IMG/VR virus record: IMGVR_UViG_3300045988_143356
Direction: 5' to 3' (one strand)
Source of the DNA: a virus
Length of the DNA stretch: 64,000 bases
In this document: piece after piece, positions 53,971 through 61,303 of the stretch
Layout of the letters: each line of letters begins with the position of its first letter
Numbering within the stretch: position 1 is the first letter of the stretch
Translations under genes and position numbers: made by a program
Notes under the pieces: generated by a model
Databases searched by the model: none
Seen by the model: the letters and a program-made list of their open reading frames with translations, nothing else
What the model was told of the DNA's origin: nothing

Positions 53971-54346
53971 AACCTATTTTGCTTTGATTAAGTCTCAACA
54001 TTCTCTCCAGATACTTTTGGTTCCCGTAGATCACATCCGACACCTTAAGCTGGAAGCGGTTGTAGGAGTCGATATACATAAGCTGCCTCCTGAAATACTT
54101 TGTGGCGCATCTGTAAGCCTCCTTGTAAGCCTTTGTTACGGCTCTCGCCTTGGCTATTTTCCTGCCTATAGACTCGTCATAGGTGTCTTCCGGATTACAC
54201 TTAGCCCTGCCTATGGCATAATACTCGTGATACCAACTTGGGGTTATCTGCGTGCGTATGCGCATACGGCATTCAGTCGTATGGCCCGTGACAGAATAGT
54301 CCTCCTCTACAATCCTTACCTTAATTGATTGGTTTGTGTGTCTCAT
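53960..54346 (-). CDS. Hypothetical protein
   Basis: 128 aa ORF. Last gene of the low-GC island. Confidence 0.55.
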   Translation of the reverse strand: MRHTNQSIKVRIVEEDYSVTGHTTECRMRIRTQITPSWYHEYYAIGRAKCNPEDTYDESIGRKIAKARAVTKAYKEAYRCATKYFRRQLMYIDSYNRFQLKVSDVIYGNQKYLERMLRLNQSKIGYGK

Positions 54347-54380
54347 TTTAAAAATTAGCTAAATTGTAATCCTTAATCTT

Positions 54381-54980
54381 TCAAAACGGAAGCTCGGCGC
54401 GAACACCTTGCGGAGCCACTGAACCAGCCGTCCTCTTCTTGAAAGCGTCGGCGGTGACATCCAAAAGCACGATGGGAGCCGCCATGTACTTGAGGTACAG
54501 GCCGCAGCCGTACACGTAACCGTAGAAGCCGTTCGAGACCCACCCGCGATCCCGGTTGCCCCGGGAGCAACTCCAGACGCCGGCGCTAAAATACTCCATA
54601 AGATCCGCCCCGTCTATCTTTCTTGCTAACTTGTCAATCTCGCCATCCTGCTCCGTTATCTCCATCGCCGCCAGCAGGGTCGGCAGTCCGAATCTGCCGA
54701 ACTTTTCGGAGGTGAATTTTGTGGCAAACCTCGCCGCCGGGCTTCCAGCTTTAAGAAGCGCGGCGGTGGCCGCCTGGTTATCCCTCAACCTCAGCGCGCG
54801 CATCACGGAAATTCCCGCGTCGAACCACCTATCCCTATCCTTTGGATCCAGCAACTCCTCGTTGCTGTACCTCGGGTAAATGAGAGCCCTCTGCCAGTTC
54901 AGGAGGTCGATCTCGATACCCTCGATACATTCAAGCCTGTTCTGGCCGTCGCATCCGTCCTTGTAGATAATCCTTGCCAT
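54381..54980 (-). CDS. Hypothetical protein
   Basis: ORF 54381..55061 trimmed to ATG 54980 (MARIIYKDG...). High GC. Confidence 0.55.
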   Translation of the reverse strand: MARIIYKDGCDGQNRLECIEGIEIDLLNWQRALIYPRYSNEELLDPKDRDRWFDAGISVMRALRLRDNQAATAALLKAGSPAARFATKFTSEKFGRFGLPTLLAAMEITEQDGEIDKLARKIDGADLMEYFSAGVWSCSRGNRDRGWVSNGFYGYVYGCGLYLKYMAAPIVLLDVTADAFKKRTAGSVAPQGVRAELPF

Positions 54981-55017
54981 AATCAAAAAATCTTTCTGTA
55001 ATTCATGACTCCGCGCC

Positions 55018-55746
55018 TCATAGCTCCAGCCCGTATTCCATGGCCACCTGCCTGATGACATCGCCGCCGTAGTCGCCCGCGGTCTCCGTAAGGAACGTCC
55101 TCAGGGTGATGCTGTCAGTAGGATTGTACCCGTGTTCCTCGCACCACTGCCTCCTTCCGAACTCGCAGGAGCCTGTCAATATGTGATGCCAGTCGAACAG
55201 GTCGCCATACTCCTCATCCAATGCCGGGTGGGTCTTCGCGAACTCCGCTATCCTCTCGTCCAGCGGCCTGTTCTTCCTCCACTTGGCCTCGACCGCCTCG
55301 ACCGCCTCGTGGAGCGTGTTACTGTGGGCGAAGAAGTTCCCTCGCTTGGCTATCCAGCAGTCCCTCAACGTCAAATCCCTGCACAGAACCGCGCCCTTGG
55401 CGACATTGCCACGCAAGTCATAGATAAGTGTCAACACTCCGTCGATGTCATAGACCTTGCGGCCGTTGAACTCCTTGATGCCGTCACCGTCACCGGAACC
55501 GGAACCGTAACCGTAACCGTCACCGTCACCGTCACCGTCACCGGAACCGGAACCGGAACCGGAACCGGAACCGGAACCGTAACCGTCACCGTCACCGGAA
55601 CCGGAACCGGAACCGTCACCGTCACCGTCACCGTCACCGTCACCGGAACCGGAACCGGAACCGTAACCGTCACCGTCACCGGAACCGGAACCGGAACCGG
55701 AACTTATGGCAAGGAACCGCTCGATATCCTTTTCTATCGCTTCCAT
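55018..55746 (-). CDS. Protein with N-terminal (S/D/Y-G)x37 low-complexity array and a conserved-looking C-terminal domain
   Basis: 242 aa. MEAIEKDIERFLAIS + 37 X-Gly dipeptides + IKEFNGRKVYDIDGVLTLIYDLRGN... Confidence 0.65.
   Translation of the reverse strand: MEAIEKDIERFLAISSGSGSGSGDGDGYGSGSGSGDGDGDGDGDGSGSGSGDGDGYGSGSGSGSGSGSGDGDGDGDGYGYGSGSGDGDGIKEFNGRKVYDIDGVLTLIYDLRGNVAKGAVLCRDLTLRDCWIAKRGNFFAHSNTLHEAVEAVEAKWRKNRPLDERIAEFAKTHPALDEEYGDLFDWHHILTGSCEFGRRQWCEEHGYNPTDSITLRTFLTETAGDYGGDVIRQVAMEYGLEL
55481..55702 (-). repeat. Hexanucleotide tandem array, 37 units of CCG(GA/TC/TA)A on the + strand
   Basis: Counted: 37 hexamers over 222 nt. On the coding strand the units are TCC-GGT (SG), GAC-GGT (DG) or TAC-GGT (YG). 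Confidence 0.95.
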
Positions 55747-56039
55747 TCCTTCTTCGCCTCGATGTTAGCTATTGCCTTGTAAGAGCAAGGTATGATCTGG
55801 ACAACGTTGGCGACTACCAGCGACGGCACGGCCACCGTGATCTTGCTGTTGTCGTTGCAACCTTCCTGCGAAAGCTGCTCCACGGCCGCGGCCCCGTCCC
55901 AGTACCACACCTTGCGGGCGTTGGCAAGACGGACGTTCAGCCCGTTGGCGTCGCCTGAAACCTCTTCGACCTCGCCGAAGAAGACCCCGGCGCCATAGCA
56001 TCTCACGATGCACTTTTTTCCGCTGTAATTTTCCATCAT
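55734..56039 (-). CDS. Hypothetical protein
   Basis: 101 aa ORF. Overlaps the previous gene's start by 13 nt. Confidence 0.55.
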   Translation of the reverse strand: MMENYSGKKCIVRCYGAGVFFGEVEEVSGDANGLNVRLANARKVWYWDGAAAVEQLSQEGCNDNSKITVAVPSLVVANVVQIIPCSYKAIANIEAKKEWKR

Positions 56040-56075
56040 CTTTAATCATTAAAAGTTAAACAATCTGTATAAACT

Positions 56076-56179
56076 TGGCCCGGAGCGCGGAGTCGAACCG
56101 CCTTTTGTCAAAATCATCAATTTGTGTTTTTAGCATCGCTACGTATTCCCGCGTCCCCGTGGACGCTTTCTCTCCTGGC
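56076..56179 (-). ncRNA. tRNA-like module 2 (about 104 nt, non-canonical)
   Basis: GCCAGGAG pairs with CTCCGGGC (8 bp, one A.G mismatch), followed by CA. A 6-bp/4-nt-loop hairpin GCGTCC-ACGG-GGACGC, then a 48-nt A/U-rich centre. T-arm at 56086-56102. Confidence 0.4.
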
Positions 56180-56253
56180 TTTTCGCGCGTCACCGCGCTA
56201 CTTGGGTTGGAAGGTAACTCCTGGGCTACCTTGTCCTCGCTTGCGAGGCTTCG

Positions 56254-56366
56254 CTCCACGGTGAGGAATCGAACCTCACTGTCGTCCTACGCTTTGAATG
56301 AAGTGTGTCTTTTCGGGGCGTCTTCATTCATTGTGCCGGAAACGCCATATTCCGGCCTTCGTGGAG
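56254..56366 (-). ncRNA. tRNA-like module 1 (about 113 nt, non-canonical)
   Basis: Perfect 7-bp closing stem CTCCACG/CGTGGAG. A 6-7 bp hairpin GCCGGA(A)...(T)TCCGGC with GG in its loop. A 9-bp stem TGAATGAAG/CTTCATTCA with an 18-nt loop where the anticodon arm would be. T-arm at 56261-56279. Confidence 0.45.
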
Positions 56367-56379
56367 TTTTGCCGTCTCC

Positions 56380-56634
56380 CTAAACGGTATATTCCCAGTT
56401 CGTCATTGCTGGCGGATCATCGTCCTCTATCGAATCCGACATAAAGACAACCATGTCCACTGTGACACCTACAAAATCCATGCCTTTGTAGTCATCGAAG
56501 CGGTAGTCCAGGACAAGTTTCCTTGCCTCCGCCGCGTCATTTGCCCAACAGTCGCACTCTATCGGCCTGTTGTAAACCTCGCCATTCCAGTCCTCGTGCT
56601 GGACAGTGGCGCAAACTTTGAATAACTTAATCAT
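56380..56634 (-). CDS. Hypothetical protein
   Basis: 84 aa ORF between the recombinase and the RNA locus. Confidence 0.55.
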   Translation of the reverse strand: MIKLFKVCATVQHEDWNGEVYNRPIECDCWANDAAEARKLVLDYRFDDYKGMDFVGVTVDMVVFMSDSIEDDDPPAMTNWEYTV

Positions 56635-57412
56635 TGCTTAACTGAATTATCTTTATCCACTTGCTTAATATCCCCTTGCTCAAGGGGCATCCGTTGCGCG
56701 TCCCGTACTTCTCCGGATGCTTCCGGTAAAGCTCCTGCGCGTCCGCAAGGATGTCAACCCTTGCCCTGTGCTTGAACACCTGCAACTCCACCCAGGCGAA
56801 GAGCGGCGACTCCTTGCGCCATTCAACGGCCTTGGCGGCGGCCGCCTCATTGGCGGCCACTATCGCCTGCCTTGGCATACATCCCCTCGGATTGCCAAGT
56901 TTCTTCACCCAGTGCCCAGACTTGGAGAAGAACCCTCCGTTCTCCGCTATCTGGCGCTGACGTTCCGCCAAGGCAAGACGTGTGTTTATCTGTATCATCT
57001 GCGCCTGACGCTCCCACACCGCGAACATTATCGTCAGCACGAACCTGTCACAGGTAGGAAGGTCGCAGATGACCACGTTACGCTCGCCCATGGCATCTAT
57101 GATATCCAACGCCTCGGACACGGATCTCAGACGGTCGCTCTTTGCTATGCACAGGACATAATCAGAAGCCTTGCAGTACCGTATGGCCTCCCATAACTGA
57201 CCGCACTCCTTCAACTTCGTCCCTGAATGGACGTCAGTGAAAACCGCCACCGGATCCTTTGCCATGAACATCTTCGCTATCGTCAACTGCGCCTCCAGGC
57301 CAAGGCCGGAGGCCTCCTGCTCCTGCGTGGATACCCTGCGCCACAAGACATAAGGCCTTGAATCGCCTATCGGCTTTATCTCTATCTTTTTTCTCTTTTT
57401 CCCTGTCCACAT
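56627..57412 (-). CDS. Small serine recombinase (resolvase/invertase family) with C-terminal HTH
   Basis: ORF trimmed to ATG 57412. YVLWRRVSTQEQEASGLGLEAQ (catalytic Ser motif), LCIAKSDRLRSVSEA, and C-terminal GCPLSKGILSKWIK. Confidence 0.75.
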   Translation of the reverse strand: MWTGKKRKKIEIKPIGDSRPYVLWRRVSTQEQEASGLGLEAQLTIAKMFMAKDPVAVFTDVHSGTKLKECGQLWEAIRYCKASDYVLCIAKSDRLRSVSEALDIIDAMGERNVVICDLPTCDRFVLTIMFAVWERQAQMIQINTRLALAERQRQIAENGGFFSKSGHWVKKLGNPRGCMPRQAIVAANEAAAAKAVEWRKESPLFAWVELQVFKHRARVDILADAQELYRKHPEKYGTRNGCPLSKGILSKWIKIIQLSND

Positions 57413-57657
57413 AACCGCAAAGACTCCAAAGTTGCCGGAAACCAATACGCATCGTGATCGAAGAACACGCAACGCCCGTACTTGTCGGGCAGCTGAAACG
57501 CAAGCACCTCATACGGCCCGAACGTGATTCCTGACGAGTTGGTGAACATCACCTTGTCGCCGATACTAAGGTCAACACCCGGAAGACTCTCGCAGAACTC
57601 TTCTTCCCTATACTGTCTCTTCCATTCCTGGAACTCTTTCTTGTAACTTTTCCCCAT
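57382..57657 (-). CDS. Hypothetical protein
   Basis: ORF 57382..57684 trimmed to ATG 57657 (MGKSYKKEF...). Confidence 0.5.
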   Translation of the reverse strand: MGKSYKKEFQEWKRQYREEEFCESLPGVDLSIGDKVMFTNSSGITFGPYEVLAFQLPDKYGRCVFFDHDAYWFPATLESLRLCGQGKREKR

Positions 57658-57788
57658 ATTACCTTCTTGCCAGCAAATCATCAAGATATGCCAAAAACAT
57701 TATTATCAACATTATTTGTCCCTTCTTCTGTCATCGAACAACTCCGGAAAGTATGCGATACCCATCAATATGAAGAGAATCACCTTGA

Positions 57789-58085
57789 TCATATCACCGT
57801 CTCCTCTATCTTCACCCGAAGCGTGTAGAAGTCATCCACACACTCGAAGCACGTGTCCGTGTCCTTGGTCACATAGGCGGACTCCGAAAGGAACCTGTCC
57901 GGATAACCGTCAAACTCATTCTCAATATTGAAAGAGAAATGTCCGCTGTCCAGTTCCGAACGCTTGTACTGCTTCAAGACCTTGACGGCCTCCGCTTTAC
58001 TTGCACAAACTTGAACTTCATTATACAGTTCGTGCTCGTCATCACACCACGTTGTGTAGGTCACAACCCAAACCTTAATCTCCAT
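57789..58085 (-). CDS. Hypothetical protein
   Basis: 98 aa ORF. Confidence 0.55.
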   Translation of the reverse strand: MEIKVWVVTYTTWCDDEHELYNEVQVCASKAEAVKVLKQYKRSELDSGHFSFNIENEFDGYPDRFLSESAYVTKDTDTCFECVDDFYTLRVKIEETVI

Positions 58086-58464
58086 AGCGATATAATTGTT
58101 TCTGTTCCCACATATAATAACTATCCTTGTTCACACTAATTCCGTTGACATATTCCACGCCCAACTGTTCAAGACTTTTCTTGAAATCATCAAACCTTGT
58201 CCGGATTACCTTGACACCGATGAACACGCCGGTGGCCTTAGCGTCTTTCGCTGCCAAAGCAACGGAAGACGGATTTGCACTTGATTGAAATACGGCATAC
58301 CCGAATATGCCTCTCCTGCTTCCGCAGAACAATACGACCAATTCGGCGTCAGGATTCTCGTCAAAAATCTTGCGCATCACGTGGGCCGGTGACACATTGT
58401 CAGTCCCCATGTCAATCTGCCTGTCAGACTTGGCGTACTTCCTTTTGTATTCAGTCAGTTTCAT
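58075..58464 (-). CDS. Hypothetical protein
   Basis: 129 aa ORF. Confidence 0.55.
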   Translation of the reverse strand: MKLTEYKRKYAKSDRQIDMGTDNVSPAHVMRKIFDENPDAELVVLFCGSRRGIFGYAVFQSSANPSSVALAAKDAKATGVFIGVKVIRTRFDDFKKSLEQLGVEYVNGISVNKDSYYMWEQKQLYRYGD

Positions 58465-58817
58465 ATCTTGATGCCCTCCCTTGCCTTTAGTTCGTCACGG
58501 ACAGCCGCAAGCAAAGGATATATGCCTTGGCTTGTGCTTATGCTGTCCTCTGACCTTATCCCGCCATCGACATCCTGGAACATCACCGTTCCGGATTCCC
58601 ACAGCAGAACCTTTTTTATCTCCACGTTGCTTGTCGTGTCATTCCAAGTATCGCACACAGTCACGACCGGAAGATTGTCCTGCGCATCCAACGCCACAAG
58701 CGTGATTTCCTTGTCGTCCCCCAGCGCATTCGCAAGAAGAGAATGCATATCTTTGTCCCAAGCCTTGAAGCGTTCCTCCAAGGCATACAACTGATCCTCA
58801 AAAACTTTTCTTTCCAT
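58461..58817 (-). CDS. Hypothetical protein
   Basis: 118 aa ORF, 4-nt overlap. Confidence 0.55.
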   Translation of the reverse strand: MERKVFEDQLYALEERFKAWDKDMHSLLANALGDDKEITLVALDAQDNLPVVTVCDTWNDTTSNVEIKKVLLWESGTVMFQDVDGGIRSEDSISTSQGIYPLLAAVRDELKAREGIKI

Positions 58818-58820
58818 AAC

Positions 58821-59075
58821 TTATCCGATTTTTGCGCAACCCATATATGTCTCGCTTTTCTTGTAATACTCTAAACAATCCCTGTCATCATCCGTGTCGT
58901 TCCAATCGTCCACAAACACGGTAATATCCACGATATCGAACTTTCCGTCACCTTTCTTGATGCTTGCAAGATGCCTGTCAAGACTTGCAAAGTCGGAGAA
59001 CCTTTTCTCCGAAAGGTTCTCCATGTCGCTGCGGTCACATATTCCCGCATCGCCGAATACCAGCACTACATCCAT
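58821..59075 (-). CDS. Hypothetical protein
   Basis: ORF 58821..59126 trimmed to ATG 59075 (MDVVLVFGDAG...). Confidence 0.45.
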   Translation of the reverse strand: MDVVLVFGDAGICDRSDMENLSEKRFSDFASLDRHLASIKKGDGKFDIVDITVFVDDWNDTDDDRDCLEYYKKSETYMGCAKIG

Positions 59076-59362
59076 ACCAGACTCCCCACGCTGAATGACC
59101 TCCAAGACTGTTTTTCGCAGTCCCAAAATTTCATAATCCCTACCGTGTCAGGCCTTGCCTCGCCTTTCGGCTGCCATATCGTTCCGTCCGCCAGCCTCAT
59201 GAGCGAACGTTTCAGAGTCCCCACGGCCTCCCTTATCGTGCCGTCTTTCTTCACGAAGCGGAACTTAACCGCCTCCTCCATCATCCGTGACTCCAGCAAC
59301 ATCACGTCTTCGGCCTGCTTCTCGGTGAGTCCGAACGTAACCAGTTCTTCTTTCTTTTTCAT
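59066..59362 (-). CDS. Hypothetical protein, DUF2693-like
   Basis: 98 aa. FRFVKKDGTIREAVGTL...WDCEKQSWRSF resembles DUF2693 (from memory). Confidence 0.45.
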   Translation of the reverse strand: MKKKEELVTFGLTEKQAEDVMLLESRMMEEAVKFRFVKKDGTIREAVGTLKRSLMRLADGTIWQPKGEARPDTVGIMKFWDCEKQSWRSFSVGSLVWM

Positions 59363-59380
59363 AACGATTTTTTTTATTGA

Positions 59381-59887
59381 TTATTTACCATATCTTCCGA
59401 CCACAACCTCACGCATCCGCTCGTAATCCAGGAACAAATTGTATGCCTGAACAACCCTGTCACGGTACGCGCCGCTCTTGTTGTGCCAGTACACCGTCAT
59501 CGCCCAGTCACCAGTGCCGTTGTGCTCCCCCTGAACCACGTCAAACATATCCAAGGACCTCTCTATGTCCCTGGCGTCCTCCAAGGTGAACTCCTCCCTG
59601 CCGAGGATGCGGTTCGCCTCACTGACGTACACGGGTGTTATCTGCAATATCCCCGTGTCGCTGTCCCTGCCCTCCGCAAGCGGATCGAACCTGCTTTCGA
59701 CATACATCATCGACAGTATCAACAAGCCCCTCTCGTCAAGGCCTGGCTGCCGCTGCGGTTCACACACAGCGGCAGTCGGCTCCTGAGGAGTATTATTGTC
59801 GTGGCACGCTATCACCGTGCCAGCCCACGCGAACTGCGACACTATCGCAGCCGCAATCCATAGATTAGTCCTGTTCATCCAACTCAA
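59381..59887 (-). CDS. Lytic transglycosylase (SLT domain) with lipoprotein-type signal
   Basis: LSMMYVESRFDPLAEGRDSDTGILQITP (catalytic ES motif and GLMQI-like motif). N-terminal hydrophobic segment ends ...GTVIAC. Confidence 0.7.
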   Translation of the reverse strand: MSWMNRTNLWIAAAIVSQFAWAGTVIACHDNNTPQEPTAAVCEPQRQPGLDERGLLILSMMYVESRFDPLAEGRDSDTGILQITPVYVSEANRILGREEFTLEDARDIERSLDMFDVVQGEHNGTGDWAMTVYWHNKSGAYRDRVVQAYNLFLDYERMREVVVGRYGK

Positions 59888-60158
59888 CCGTTAGTATATA
59901 ATCTTTTACACCACAAACCAGGCAACCATATTCGACCGCTTCTTTCAAGGTCTTAAACTCGTTATTGCATCCGTCCACGTGACAGTTCCAACTGTCAAGA
60001 AACCAAGCGCCAGGCGCATCGATAGTAAACCGCCGTATCTCCTCAATATCACGACTGCCTTTGCGGGACACGAGTTGCACAACCTGCCAACAACCCTCCC
60101 TGACCCCACTTTGAGGCGGGTAAAAAGTCTTTCTGACAACTATAAAATTCTTTTCCAT
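59865..60158 (-). CDS. Hypothetical protein
   Basis: 97 aa ORF. Confidence 0.5.
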   Translation of the reverse strand: MEKNFIVVRKTFYPPQSGVREGCWQVVQLVSRKGSRDIEEIRRFTIDAPGAWFLDSWNCHVDGCNNEFKTLKEAVEYGCLVCGVKDYILTVELDEQD

Positions 60159-60159
60159 C

Positions 60160-60687
60160 TTAGTAAAGCATTACCTTGTAACCTATCGGCCTGCCGCTTG
60201 CAGGATGATGATAGACGGCACACCTGAACCCGTTGTCCGTCAGAAACAGCTTTATCGCCTCGCATTCGGCATTGCTTGACACCTCCACCTCCGTAGAGCG
60301 GTAAATGATTCCCTGCGTGTAGGCGTATCCGTAAATTTCCTGCGTGTAGGTGTATCCGTAAAATAGAACATAGGCCACACCGTCACGCCTGATGCCGTTC
60401 TTCACAGCCTCGATGACCTTATCCCTGTCGAAGACGACGCTCTGCGCCATCTCCTCCCTTAATTGATCTGCCACTGTTATTTCATTCATATCAAACCCTA
60501 TCTCTTCGTCCTCTTCTAAACCCAAGTCCGTGTTTGCCATTCCCGGAATGTAAGAGTCGCCGTCTATGATGAAGCTGTTCTTGCGGATGACATCCGCCAA
60601 AACCTTTCCGTCACCATTCAATATTTTTTCCGTTTCCTTGTCGCTTGCCTCTATCGTAACGCCAAGCCTAAGCCATATCTTTTTCAT
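60160..60687 (-). CDS. Hypothetical protein containing a 27-bp in-frame tandem duplication
   Basis: ORF trimmed to ATG 60687. YGYTYTQEI/YGYAYTQGI is encoded by 60312-60365. Confidence 0.55.
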   Translation of the reverse strand: MKKIWLRLGVTIEASDKETEKILNGDGKVLADVIRKNSFIIDGDSYIPGMANTDLGLEEDEEIGFDMNEITVADQLREEMAQSVVFDRDKVIEAVKNGIRRDGVAYVLFYGYTYTQEIYGYAYTQGIIYRSTEVEVSSNAECEAIKLFLTDNGFRCAVYHHPASGRPIGYKVMLY

Positions 60688-60688
60688 A

Positions 60689-60922
60689 CTACAACCAATT
60701 AACACTGTTAACATATTCGGCTATGTCATCGGGGTAGCCGTTCCCCACAACGTAGTCGCAAAGAGCCGCCTTGACATCGCGCTCCTCGCCACCGTCCATC
60801 GCCCGTGTTATCGGATAGGCCAGATCCGGCCATACATCGCCGTATTCCGACACCTCCGAGTAGAACCGCCTCGGATCATACTCGTCACCCGCCCTGCGGT
60901 CAAGAATCAAGTCAATTATCAT
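60689..60922 (-). CDS. Hypothetical protein
   Basis: 77 aa ORF. Confidence 0.5.
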   Translation of the reverse strand: MIIDLILDRRAGDEYDPRRFYSEVSEYGDVWPDLAYPITRAMDGGEERDVKAALCDYVVGNGYPDDIAEYVNSVNWL

Positions 60923-61149
60923 AACGACTCCACCTCCTTGATAAGCTTTTCCAATTCATATATCCGCTTTTTCAGCGTGTCCGTGCTGTCGTACAGCTTC
61001 CACGATCCGCAAAGCCCGTTGCGGTTCAGTTGCTGTATCACGTTTTGCCGACTTGTCCCCAAGTCGGCAGCCGCCTGTATCGTGTCGGGGTACATCCTTT
61101 TCTCCCTGGACACGACATTAATCGCGATTATCTCCCTTTTGTTCCTCAT
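60919..61149 (-). CDS. Small HTH DNA-binding protein
   Basis: 76 aa. IQAAADLGTSRQNVIQQLN is HTH-like. Confidence 0.55.
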   Translation of the reverse strand: MRNKREIIAINVVSREKRMYPDTIQAAADLGTSRQNVIQQLNRNGLCGSWKLYDSTDTLKKRIYELEKLIKEVESL

Positions 61150-61303
61150 TTAACCTGTCCTCCAGATAATTAATGTTAAACACCCATATAAAAGCAAGCA
61201 GCAGCAGCCCCGAATCGTTGCCCCGCCACTCGACCGCCACAAGAGCGATGGGCAGCGTTATCACCGCCCACCACGCCAGACGCTTTTTCCATATATCACT
61301 CAT
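61118..61303 (-). CDS. Small membrane protein
   Basis: ORF trimmed to ATG 61303. WWAVITLPIALVAV and LLLLAFIWVF segments. Confidence 0.45.
   Translation of the reverse strand: MSDIWKKRLAWWAVITLPIALVAVEWRGNDSGLLLLAFIWVFNINYLEDRLNEEQKGDNRD

Larger units (their letters stand above)
56076..56366 (-). ncRNA. Structured non-coding locus: two tRNA-like modules separated by three hairpins
   Basis: A 340-nt gap between co-directional genes. Contains two perfect T-arms (GTGAGG-TTCGATT-CCTCAC and GCGG-TTCGACT-CCGC), each followed by a strand complementary to a segment about 100 nt upstream. The intervening hairpins are CCTCGC-AA-GCGAGG, AAGGTA-N10-TACCTT and GCGCG-GTGA-CGCGC. Confidence 0.55.

Noticed and set aside
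55481-55702. Whether the periodic array could be a CRISPR array or a non-coding satellite.
   Set aside because: The period is 6 nt with no spacers. It lies entirely inside an ORF and keeps the reading frame, encoding X-Gly dipeptides.
56076-56366. Reading the locus as canonical tRNAs, tRNA-Sec, tmRNA (standard or permuted) or a permuted tRNA.
   Set aside because: No 5' acceptor strand lies at the canonical distance of about 48-62 nt from either T-arm, and there is no 5-bp/7-nt anticodon arm. There is no Ala-identity G3:U70 and no tag reading frame ending in ...ALAA for a tmRNA. The 6-bp D-like stems recall tRNA-Sec, but no UCA anticodon loop or 8/5 geometry could be built. The perfect CCGTGGA/TCCACGG complement between module 1's 3' strand and 56157-56163 did not extend into a permuted cloverleaf.
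56056-56383. ORFs 56056..56259 (-, 67 aa, GTG start) and 56075..56383 (+, 102 aa) spanning the tRNA-like locus.
   Set aside because: Both run straight through T-arm and hairpin elements. They have no ATG start in good context and look non-protein-like. The RNA-structure interpretation explains the region better, but it should be tested.
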